Positions 45,873-55,841 of a DNA stretch of 64,000 nt are shown piece by piece. The position numbers and the translations under genes were made by a program. Under the pieces are notes generated by a model. The model saw nothing but the letters and a program-made list of their open reading frames with translations. It was not told the origin of the DNA and searched no databases. The DNA is taken from NCBI GenBank assembly GCA_963826525.1, contig CAWGXH010000004.1, forward strand, positions 1,696,001 to 1,760,000, in the 5' to 3' direction. How positions within the stretch are numbered: position 1 is the first letter of the stretch; each line of letters opens with the position of its first letter. This stretch comes from an uncultured Methanomicrobiaceae archaeon. Lineage in GTDB: Archaea > Halobacteriota > Methanomicrobia > Methanomicrobiales > Methanoculleaceae.

Positions 45873-47031
45873 TCAAATCCCGGCTGCGGCGCCTGATACG
45901 TTTACGTCGAGGACAAACCGGTCTTCGGTGCCGGTGGCGTTCTCCCATGGCCGTTTATACACGGCCGAGAATGTCTCTCTTCCCTCTTCCATCGTTCTGA
46001 AGAACCACTCCTGGGTTCCACCCCCCCGACGAGGCCTGTCTCGTTTTCGATAAAGAGATCTCCGACGATCAGAAGCCCTTCAGTCGTTGAGACATTCCAT
46101 GAGTATCCCGTCGAAGGGTTTTCGCTCAGTCTGACGGTGGCATAGGTGTCGGGCGAGAGCGTTACCGTGCTTCCGTTGTCCGCCCCGGTGAAGACGTTGG
46201 TCAGGTTCTTGACGACCTGCATGGTGAACTGGAACCGCTCCTCGGTTCCGGTGGTATTCTTCCCGGGCTCCTGAGGAGTGCGGTGAACTGGTAGGCGCCC
46301 GTATCGTTCGGCGTGAGGCGCCACTCCCGGATGCCGCCGCCACCGGGAACCGTTTCGTTCCCGGATCCGGATATGAACTGTTCACCAACGATCTCCATGC
46401 CCCGGGTGACCGTTACGTTCCAGAAGTGCGGGGTTGATGGATTGTCCGGGAGCCGGACGGTGACATTGCTCGCGAGCGGAATGATCACCGTCTCGTTGTT
46501 ATCCTCTTCGGTGACTGTGTAGTCCTGTATCTTCGATTCATTTACAGGCATCAGCACCCGATCGATGGTGTGGATGACACCGTTGTCGGCGTCGATATCC
46601 GCAGTGATGATCGTCGCGTTGTTCACCGTCAGGTTCTCTCCGGAAAGTGTCTGTAGCATAGTGCTATTCCCGGTCACGTTCTCCGCCGCCGTCATATTCA
46701 GGAGCCGGTCGGAGGTTTAACTCCCCGGAACTATGTGGTACTGCAGGATCGCGGTGAATTCAACGGTGGTCGCGTTGCCGAACGCGGCAAAAGCGGAATC
46801 TTCCGGTGTAAAGACGGTATACGGCCAGTCGGCCTGGAGCGCCCCGGTCAGGTTGGTCGCGTCGATCGCCCGGGCGAGTACGGTCAGGTTTCGGTCTGTT
46901 TCGATGATACCGGCCACGGTATCCGTCGTCAGGTTTCCCGATGTATTCTCTTCTCCTACGGGAGCTGCCGCTGCCGTGGCGGGTAACGCCAGGAGAAGGA
47001 GTAGTGTGCTCAGAAGCATAATCTGTCTCAT
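45873..47031 (-). CDS. secreted fasciclin (FAS1) + two chagasin/I42 inhibitor domains (in-frame TAA 46717-19 and two frameshifts; error or pseudogene)
   Basis: YTVFTPEDSAF, ILQYHIVPG, NGVIHTIDRVLMP (FAS1); LPDNPSTPHFW and LSENPSTGYSW...YKRPWE (chagasin). Confidence 0.75.
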
Positions 47032-47234
47032 TAGGTTCCCCCCTTTAAATGAAGCATAGGATGGTCTGAATGTATTTAATAATTTTTATGAAATGCCTGG
47101 GACAGTGACCCCGGCTCGCAGCCACTACATGCCGCGTCCCGGCAGGAGTTCTTCGATGATCCGGTACCCTGTCCTACGAGCTGCGGCTGTCCACCGGATG
47201 CGCGGTGAAGACTCCCCTCCACGTCGATACGCCC

Positions 47235-47735
47235 TTATCGGAGGTTCACGATCGTCGCTCTCCGAGTATCCGTCTCCAGCAGTGCGATCGAAGGCTCCCC
47301 TAAGAGGTACCCGCAGACTTCACCCGGATTGATGACGAGGGTCTCCTCGCTCATATGCGCCCCTGCCCGGTGGGTGTGCCCGTGAACGACGACGTCGAAG
47401 ACCTGCCGTTCGATCAGTGCCGACAGGAGTTCGTTCTGATCGCCATGTAGCAGGCCTATGGCGGTCCCGCCCGCCGCGATAGCGGCAAACCTGTCCCGTA
47501 GTTCGAGATTGTCCGCCTCGGCGAATCGGGCCAGGAGCAACGCGTGATCTCCGTCATTATTCCCGAGCACGCCGATGAGCGGTGCGTTTAGCCTCCCGAG
47601 GCGGGGAATAACGAACGGAGAGACATAGTCTCCGGCATGCAGGACAAGGTCGACATCCTCATCGTTCAGCCTCCCGACTGCCCGGTCGACCATTCCCAGG
47701 TTGTCGTGCGTATCGGAGATCAGGCCAATGAGCAT
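47235..47735 (-). CDS. YfcE/MJ0936-family metallophosphoesterase
   Basis: ISDTHDN, HAGD, GNND, HGHTH, INPG. Confidence 0.92.
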   Translation of the reverse strand: MLIGLISDTHDNLGMVDRAVGRLNDEDVDLVLHAGDYVSPFVIPRLGRLNAPLIGVLGNNDGDHALLLARFAEADNLELRDRFAAIAAGGTAIGLLHGDQNELLSALIERQVFDVVVHGHTHRAGAHMSEETLVINPGEVCGYLLGEPSIALLETDTRRATIVNLR

Positions 47736-48230
47736 ACTTCTTCTCACCCAGGTATCCTGATCGCGGTTCTATTCTTATACCTGATGCATACCGGAGACTC
47801 CGGATCCGCACGTCGACCCGACGCATCATTTCCGTCACGTATACCCTTCGTCTGCGAGCCTGCATCGGGTCACGCCTCTGTATCAGGCCTGCAGAAGCCT
47901 GCACCGGCCTCCCCGGCCTGCGCGGGATGTGCGATCGCCCCTCGCGCTTCAGAGGCGCATCTCCTCCGGAGATTCTCTCTCGTTCTGCCGCACCGGTAAG
48001 TCCCTGAGTTCCATGCCACGCTTCTATCAGGGACTCGCGGGCGCGCTCTTATCCAAAGGCCAAACCAGCCGGGAATTTTCGAATGTTCCCGGGATTGCGC
48101 CTGCCCTGGATCGTAAACTCCATATCCCCCTATCGGTGATACAAGAGTATGGCAGATCTCCACGGCCCCGGACGCCGATCGTCGAGAGAGCGGAAACGGG
48201 CCTGGCGGAGTGTGAAGTGGAGGTAGCGGT

Positions 48231-48401
48231 ATGTGGCTGCTTGTCAGACAATCAAGTGGAAAGACGGAAGAGCGCGAGTATCCGGCTGGAATGTACTTTG
48301 AGATCGGCGACGTTCTTGAGGACGGCGCTGTGGTGATGGATGTTCCGTATCCCGACAGTATCGACGACGACTTCGAAGCACTGGATATGTACGACGATTA
48401 A
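48231..48401 (+). CDS. small acidic hypothetical protein (56 aa, missing from ORF track)
   Basis: GGAGG RBS then MWLLVRQSSGKTEEREYPAGMYFEIGDVLEDGAVVMDVPYPDSIDDDFEALDMYDD*. Confidence 0.6.
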   Translation: MWLLVRQSSGKTEEREYPAGMYFEIGDVLEDGAVVMDVPYPDSIDDDFEALDMYDD

Positions 48402-48577
48402 CCTCGTTCGCGGCAGAACACGGCAGGTATGTTGTTGATGTTGCGGGTTCGAAGGATCGTATCCGCAGGGTTCGATCGCTCCGGATACTTTTTCTCCCGG
48501 CAGTTCCGGGAATTGCTGCCGTTCTCCGCATCCGGAGACAGAGCAGCCTTCATCGTCCTGTTCACGTGGCAATCCGG

Positions 48578-49100
48578 TTATCGGATCCGAAACTCCCGGA
48601 GGTTTTTCTCCCGATACCTTCCCCTCCTGGAGGTGCTCCATCTCGTGGGCGAGATCGTACGCCGTCGATCCTGAAAGGGTCATCTCCATTCCTAAGAGCC
48701 TCCCCGTGACGATCTCGCGATGGAGAGGATTGACGGTCATTTTGATGATCTGGCCTGCCCGTACCCTCACCCGAAACGGCCGCTTGACCAGCATCCGGGT
48801 CTGTTCGTTACCACACTTCTCGAGCCGGTGAACCGCTCCTTCGCTCTCTACGAGATGCGGGTTGACGAAGAGGAAGATCTCTTCACGTGAATACCCGATC
48901 CCCGTCTCGTCGTCGTACACAGATGTCTTCTTCACGATTGAGATCGTCCGGATCTCTTCTGCCGCATAACTATAATCCCCTCCGAACCGGAGCGAGAAAA
49001 AGAGGGGAAGGAACGCATCCGGTGAAATGCCGAACCGTTCCGGAAGATCCCTCTCTGCCTTCAGAAATGAGAGCTGCTTTTCGATCTCATCGGTATCCAT
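48578..49100 (-). CDS. peptide deformylase-like metalloprotein (probable frameshift near 48603)
   Basis: FVNP, LEKCG, V-RP-RV and AHEMEHL mirror the PDF INP, EGC and HExxH motifs; removing one base gives a stop at 48578. Confidence 0.68.
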
Positions 49101-49204
49101 CGGCGTTAATGTACGCCGATGGAGTCCATAAAGGTACCGGGAATGCCGATCTTCCTGAGTGCCAACGTATTTCTCATCGGGGGGTATGGGTATGCCGATG
49201 AGCG

Positions 49205-50093
49205 ATGGCACAAGCACATTTTGTCTACCCCAACGTCACCGAGTTCGAACAGCGGGGAGGGCTGGCCGAACGATGGGCACGGGCACGGGATATCGGATGC
49301 GATATCGTCGAGGTTCCTGCAGACCTGATTAAGAACAAGACCGAAGTGGAGCGCACCGGGCAGGACATCGGTTCATTTCTTACGCAATCATCAATCGAAC
49401 TCCTCTATCGGCGGGATCTCCCAATCCCCGGCGATCTGAAGTACCTCGCTCCATACCGACCCGTCAATCCCGAGAACCGATCGTTACGGACGGCGGATCA
49501 CAGCGCCACTGCGATGGTATGACGCTGCGTGGGTGAGTGCCTACACTGATATGCTTCTCGGCCTTGCGGACTACCTCGGCCCCCCTCCGCACGCCGTCGA
49601 GCTGTACCCGGGGGATCGAAAGAACACCGTCGCGGATATCGTCCGGGCGATGACTGTTCTCTCCGGTGCGTACGTGGACGCATTCGGCTCGTCACCGATT
49701 CTCTTCCTCGTGAACCGGGCAGAACAGTCCGTCTTCTCCGAGACCCAGCTGCGATCGTTCTGGCTGCACCTCACCGACCACTCCCCGGAGCTTGAGAGCG
49801 TCGCCGGCGTTGCCCTTGACATCAGGCAGCTCCGGATCGCGAAGGGGGATGAATGCGCCGGGGCGCTCGCCCGGGTCTTCCCGGAATCACTGAAAGGGTT
49901 CCATATCCCTATCGCCCGCCGAAAACCGGCTGGTGAGGCCATTCCCTGGGATCAGGTGTTTTCCTGCATGCTTTCGCTCCGCCACGACTTCTTTGTCAAA
50001 CCGGATGTCATCCAGCAGAGCCGGGTGGAGGAGGGGGTCAGGTTTGCCGCCGGGATGCTCCGGAAAGCCCGAAGAGAACTATCTCCTGTGTAA
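49205..50093 (+). CDS. hypothetical protein, possibly xylose-isomerase-like TIM barrel (frameshift near 49448)
   Basis: GCDIVEVPAD, LHTDP, VELYPG, VALDIRQL, LKGFHI pattern; two ORFs join by removing one base. Confidence 0.6.
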
Positions 50094-50321
50094 TGCCCCG
50101 TTCCGGGGCTCCCGGGTTCTTCCTCGACGCCGGATGAACTCCCCCTTGGGAAGAATGCAATCGCGGCACCCCGGATTGTCATCGAGTCGAGCGGCAAACG
50201 GTATGCCCTGATCACAGCGCAGAAGTTCGTCATCAGGCATATCGAGGAGCGCCTCCTCCGATCCGTATCCCTGCCATCATCCCAACATTCATATAATCCG
50301 CCCGCGGTAAACACTGCCTTC

Positions 50322-51786
50322 ATGGAGCAGATCCCCCTCTTCGAGTTTCCCGCTGACCTTGAGTGGTTCAATACGGATCGCCCTCTCTCAATGCAGGATC
50401 TGGCAGGAAAGATCGTGCTGCTCGATCTCTGGACATTCTGTTGCGTCAGCTGTATGCAGGTAATGCCGGATATTACGCGGCTTGTCGAGAAGTACCCGGA
50501 GCTCGTCGTCATCGGGGTTCACTCACCACAATACGAGACTGAAGCCGTGACCGAAAATATCAGGGAGGCTATTATTCATGCGAACTTCGAGTATCCCGTG
50601 ATCGTCGACCGCGATCTGATCCTCTGGCGCCGCTTCGGTATCAGGTCATGGCCGTCGTTCGTCCTGATCAACCCTGATGGAGCTGTTGTCGGCAAGATAG
50701 AGGGGGAAGGGATATATGAGCGGCTCGATCCGATGATCGCGAAGATGAGCAGAACCTACGAAGAACGGGGAACGCTGAAGAAGGAGCGGATGGCCTCGGG
50801 TTTCATCCGGGATACCGCACGGGGGAGCATGCTCTACTCTCCGGGGAAGATCGAGGCTGACTACGGGGGAGAGAGGCTCTTTATATCGGACTCAAACCAC
50901 CATCGCATCCTCCTTGTCAGGCCGGATGGAAAGATACTCGAGGTTATCGGCTCCGGAAAGCCTGGTCGTCGGGACGGGTCCTTCGAGGAGGCTGCCCTCT
51001 ACATGCCGCAGGGACTTGCATACGACGGTCGGGAATCGGTTCTGTACGTTGCCGATACCGGCAATCACCTCATCCGAAAAGTATCCATCCGGGAGAGAAC
51101 GGTGGAGACGATCGCCGGCACCGGGCTTGAGGCGATGCCCGGGAGAAGCGTCGGCGAGGATACCGAAGTCGCGCTCGAGCTTCCCATGGGATCTTGTGCT
51201 GCTTGGTGACGATCTCTGGGTCACCATGGCGGGGTCGCACCAGATATGGAGAGTGGATCTTGCTACGTACGATATCCGGCCATATGCCGGCACCGGAATA
51301 GCCGCGCTCAGGGACGGGCCGCTTGAGAAAGCGGCGTTTGCACATCCTACCGGAATTACGACGGACGGCGAGGTGCTCTTTGTGGCGGACAGCGATGCCT
51401 CTGCGATCAGGCAGATCTGTCGCGGGATGGTCACGACACTCATCGGCCACGGACTCACCGATTTCGGTGACCTCGATACTATCGCACGGATGGCCAGGAT
51501 AAACCACCCGCATGGTGTGGCATTCTCCGACGGGCGTATTTACATTGCCGATACCGGGAACCACAAGATCAAATGGCTCGATGTAGCAACCGGCTGGGTC
51601 ATCTCCATGGCAGGGAACGGGATGCAGGGTTACCGGGATGGACTTGCCGGTGATGGTATGATGAGCGAACCGGGCGGGCTTGTAGCCTTCGAGGGGCTTT
51701 TTTATATTGCCGATACCGGCAACCACGCTATCCGGGTGTACGACCCGGTTCGGCATGTCGTTTCGACGCTGGCGATCCGGAAGTAA
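50322..51786 (+). CDS. thioredoxin-like + NHL-repeat beta-propeller protein, NHLRC2/SOQ1-like (frameshift near 51177)
   Basis: LDLWTFCCVSC, IGVHSP, repeated Y(V/I)ADTGNH-IR. Confidence 0.88.
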
Positions 51787-52143
51787 GTTCTGAACGCATT
51801 CTGTCCGGAGTTCTTCCTACATCTGCTCCGGCCGGAGAGGTTTCTCCTGGCTCCGGGCGCAATCACCCGTTCGTCTCCCTGGGGTCATTCCCTGAGGATA
51901 GGTTCTTCCGGAGAGGAGGGGCAGTGGGGCGGCCCGCCACCCGGCAGTGCCGATCATGCCTGTCGGTCTGGTGGCGGAACCTACCGTGACTCCCCGGCTC
52001 CGGCGAAGGCTGCCGATCGCAGATTGTGTTCTGGGCAGCATCCTCGTCGGTATTCGCGCCCGATACCGGTTCCGGACGCCGGATACATCTGCCTCGAAGG
52101 AAACTTTTTTACATCTGCCCGTGATGCTGCTCCGGTGGTTCCG

Positions 52144-52452
52144 GTGAGTGTCATTGTGATATACCGAACTTTGGGCTGCAACATCTGTGCGCAGGCGGCG
52201 GACAACGTCCGACTGGTACTCGCTGAGATGGGCATCGACTATGATGAGGTGGTCCTTGAAAAGATCGCCAGCGAGGGGTCTGCAGAGATCGAAGAACTCC
52301 GGCAGATAAACCTATACGGAGTTCCCGTCATCAAGATCGGCGATAATGTGCTCGTCCAGAATGATACGCTGAACGCGTGGAAGGTGCGTGAGTTCGTGGA
52401 AGAATGCCTGAAAGGGATGGTAATCGTACCGCATATCACGGGCGGACGGTAA
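52144..52452 (+). CDS. glutaredoxin-like protein
   Basis: IYRTLGCNIC and YGVPVIKIGD. Confidence 0.65.
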   Translation: MSVIVIYRTLGCNICAQAADNVRLVLAEMGIDYDEVVLEKIASEGSAEIEELRQINLYGVPVIKIGDNVLVQNDTLNAWKVREFVEECLKGMVIVPHITGGR

Positions 52453-52634
52453 TCAATTCCCGGTTTCTGTCTGCTGTGGGTATCTCTGCTCTCTACCGGG
52501 CGTATGAGGGAATGGAGGCACGTGCGATACACGTTCATCTCCGCACTTTACACACCTTCGCCTATTTCACGTTGGCGTGGACTGAAGAGGTGTGACGATA
52601 CTGGAAAGAAGATGCAAAGAACGGAAAGAATCGA

Positions 52635-52706
52635 TGCGCCGACCGGGACTCGAACCCGGGTTTAGGCGTTGGCAACGCCTAGTGATAACCACTACACTAT
52701 CGGCGC
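52635..52706 (-). tRNA. tRNA-Gly(GCC), intronless, CCA not encoded
   Basis: GCGCCGATAGTGTAGTGGTTATCACTAGGCGTTGCCAACGCCTAAACCCGGGTTCGAGTCCCGGTCGGCGCA folds as a cloverleaf; anticodon loop TTGCCAA. Confidence 0.97.
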
Positions 52707-52769
52707 ACACGTCGTGTGCCTTACAAAGTGGTATCTGGTAGATTATAAGTCTATCGAAATGTTGCCCGC

Positions 52770-53438
52770 CTAAATGATGATATTCTCAGGCTCCTCGCAG
52801 AGGCGTGAGCAGATCTCCCTGACGTACGTGCTCCGGGTGACGATGAGAAGTTCATCTTCCGGCCGAAGCGCGGGGTTCTCTTTCGCCAGGAGGAACCGGC
52901 CGTCGTGGTAGATGCCGATGGCTGCACTATCCTCGGGGAGGCTGAGATCGGCTATCCTGGTTCCTTTAAGCCGCTTTTTGACGATGATACCGATGAACCG
53001 GACGTCGCCGCGGATGAGAGTGGAGAGCTCGGTGGTATCCACTCCCCTGAGCGCATCGGAGATGATCATCGACCCGATCTGCGCCGGGTTGATGATGTGG
53101 TGGAACCCTAGTTTCTTCGCCACCGCCAGGAACTGCTCGTCATCGGTTCGAAGAACGACCTCGGGGACGTTCGATTCACGGGCGATCAGGGCGATGATGA
53201 TATTGTCCTGGTCATGGTCGGTGCACGCCACAACGGCATCCGCTGCTCCAACCTCTGCTTTCTCAAGCACGTCAGGTCGGGTGCCCTCTGCGTTGATCAC
53301 GGTGCAGTCGAGAATCTCTGCAAGTTCCCGGGCGCGCTCGGGATTCCTGTCGATCAGGATAACTTCATGCCGCTCGCGGATCAGGCGCTGGGCCAGATGC
53401 TGTCCGAGCGGGCTTGCTCCGACGATGATGACACGCAT
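52770..53438 (-). CDS. trkA: TrkA-family K+ uptake NAD-binding subunit
   Basis: IIVGASPLG RCK_N, CTDHDQDN, C-terminal RCK_C. Confidence 0.88.
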   Translation of the reverse strand: MRVIIVGASPLGQHLAQRLIRERHEVILIDRNPERARELAEILDCTVINAEGTRPDVLEKAEVGAADAVVACTDHDQDNIIIALIARESNVPEVVLRTDDEQFLAVAKKLGFHHIINPAQIGSMIISDALRGVDTTELSTLIRGDVRFIGIIVKKRLKGTRIADLSLPEDSAAIGIYHDGRFLLAKENPALRPEDELLIVTRSTYVREICSRLCEEPENIII

Positions 53439-53509
53439 ATACAATTACTTCCGTAATCTGGGTATTACCCCGGCCTATCCGCCTTATACCTACCGGCGCC
53501 TGTCTACCG

Positions 53510-54199
53510 TTATCGCCCCCTGTCAAGTGCCCTGCCGATGTTCCGGTTGACGAGAAGCCACATTCCCGGTATCAGCACCAGAAAAAAGACGAGCATCGCA
53601 AGCGCGTAGACCTCCGCCGTGATGAGCAGGAAGTTGAAGAGGCCGTGGAGAACCATCGCAGCGGCGAGGCCACGGGCGACGATCCCCCGGCGTTGTTCCG
53701 GGGGGCTAAATTTCGCCCTGCCGAGAGCGTATCCCCAGATGCTCGCAAAGAGGGCGTGCGCAGGAACTGAGAAGAGTGCACGAACGACGATCGTTCCTAT
53801 CGCCGCTTCCAGAGAGAGGGTATACGCCGAGAAGACGTATATCAGGTTCTCAAGCGATGCGAATCCGAGCGCAGCGGCAGTCGCGTAGACGATACCGTCC
53901 ATGGGTTCGTCGAACTCGCGGTTGCGGTAGACTCCTCTCCGGACGACGAAGTACTTTCCGTACTCTTCGACTACAGGCGCAACGATTACCGCCAGAATGA
54001 GCGGGGAGGCTATCAGGATGCCGATACCCCCTTCGAGGAAGGCGACCGGAAACGTGACGGCGATGCCGAGGAGGAACATCCGCAGGACCAGGTATGGCGG
54101 TTCCGGGTCGTACCGGTCCCTGTGGTAGAAGTACCAGACCCAGAAAATTCCCGGGCCGAGCGCCAGTGAAAGCAGGATGAGGGGATCTATCTGCACCAT
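53510..54199 (-). CDS. PrsW-family intramembrane glutamic protease
   Basis: DRYDPEP, PVVEEYGK, GFASLEN, VPAHA, LHGLFN. Confidence 0.9.
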   Translation of the reverse strand: MVQIDPLILLSLALGPGIFWVWYFYHRDRYDPEPPYLVLRMFLLGIAVTFPVAFLEGGIGILIASPLILAVIVAPVVEEYGKYFVVRRGVYRNREFDEPMDGIVYATAAALGFASLENLIYVFSAYTLSLEAAIGTIVVRALFSVPAHALFASIWGYALGRAKFSPPEQRRGIVARGLAAAMVLHGLFNFLLITAEVYALAMLVFFLVLIPGMWLLVNRNIGRALDRGR

Positions 54200-54288
54200 T
54201 CTACGCTCCGGAGTTCTCTGCCAGTCACTGTCCTGATCAACGATGAGCTTTTCTCGGCAGATTTCGCCCGCCGGGCGATCCTGTGTCG

Positions 54289-55777
54289 CTACCTGATGAC
54301 CGGGATATGGGCTGCAGGTGTCTTCTCCGCTTCGGAACCGCCGGTACGATCCGGCCTTCGTAGCCACGTCCCGGGCATGAGAAAGATCAGGAGGGGAATT
54401 ATCTCGATTCTCCCAAGCAGCATATCGGCGATCAAGACCGCCTTTAATGTTCCTGCCGTCTCGGCACCGGTGATCCCTGAGGAGAGGCCGACGGTCCCGA
54501 GGGCGCTTGAGACCTCGAAGACCGCATCGACCATGGGAACACCGTGGAGCATGACGGCGAATGCCGAGAGGACGACGGCGGCGAAGTAGAGCAGGATGAA
54601 AGTGAAGAGGTAGTTGAGCTTCTGCTCGTCGATGATATGGCCATTGATCTTCAGCGGGGTGACGGTCTCCCGTGGTACAAAAAAATCTGATGAATACGAT
54701 CCGGACGAGTTGTGCCAGTATCACAATGCGGACGATCTTTATGCCGCCTGCTGTGGAGCCAAGCCCTCCTCCAATCCACATCAGCACCGTCAGCACGGCT
54801 TTTGCCGTGTCCGGAAGAGCGCCGATATCGATCGTCGAGAAACCCGCCGTCGTCAGTGCCGAGGTTGCCTGGAAGGCTGCTTCCGACACGCTGATCACGG
54901 GCGCATCGCCCGGAATGGTGATTGCAAGGCCGACTGTTCCGAGGAGGAGGAAGAGTACGAAGTAGCGCAGCTGGATGCTCGCAAGAGCGGCTCGTGGGGC
55001 TCTGAAGAGTTTCGGGTAGAGGGCGAAGTTGACCGCCCCCATGATGCAGCCGAATGCGACGGCGATGGGAATGCCGGCCCCTTCGAACCCGGCGATACTC
55101 TCCGGTTTTGTTGAGAACCCGCCCGTCGATACCGTCGTGAATGTCTGGCAGATCGCATCGAAGAGCGGCATACCTGCGAGGAGCAGCAGTATGAAGGCGA
55201 GGAGGGTGATCCCGGCATAGACCCTGCCGAGAACCCTGGCGGTTCCGGCGACATTCGGTCGAAGGCGTGTCTCACCGATGTTTGCGTCGAAGAGCCGGAA
55301 TGCGCTTGCTCCCGGCGTTGTGAGAATTGAGAGTGCAAGGACGACGATGCCGATGCCACCGACCCACTGCGCCCACGAGCGGGCGAAGAGAAAGAGGGCG
55401 CTCACCCCTGCCGGGGCGACTGAAAGGCCGGTCGTCGTCAATCCGGATACGCTCTCAAAGAGCGCATCGAGTGGTGGCAGGTTGTTTACGAGAGCGAAGG
55501 GGACGGCATTGATGATTGAACTCAGGGGGAAGACGATCGCGGCGAGGACTATCGCCTCTTTCGGGTGGAGTTCGCACTCGGGGAGGGTGCGAATCAGAAC
55601 TCCGCCGGCAAGCAGGGTGGCGCCGCCGCTCGCCGCGTAGATTGCTGCCGATGCAATCTCCCCGAGGATAAGCGCGGCAACGGCCGGCACTGCTATGATA
55701 ACGCCGATCATCAGCAGGAGATACCCGGTATATTTCAAGATTGATCGGGGGCTCACCGGGGAGACCAGTTCATACAT
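54289..55777 (-). CDS. trkH: TrkH-family K+ uptake membrane protein (frameshift at A-run near 54680)
   Basis: SGLTTTG, STGGF, TTAGF, GSTAGGIK, SALGTVGLS pore motifs, LGRIE. Confidence 0.9.
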
Positions 55778-55841
55778 GCTCTGGAGGCGTTATGCTGCGG
55801 AGGATTATTTCAAAGATTCCCCTTCTAGCCCGAAAAAAAGG

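Noticed and set aside
46717-46719. Stop-codon recoding in the FAS1 gene
   Set aside because: The codon is TAA, not TAG or TGA, one base from the expected Tyr; error or nonsense mutation is simpler
16500-52706. Genomic island integrated at tRNA-Gly
   Set aside because: No integrase and no convincing copy of the tRNA 3' end seen; the weak similarity near 10153 (ccgacccgggaatcg) is too short
53510-55777. 755-aa TrkH-PrsW fusion in the ORF track
   Set aside because: Artefact: a frameshift near 54680 moves trkH into the prsW frame; the real TrkH C-terminus ends at 54289 and prsW has its own ATG at 54199
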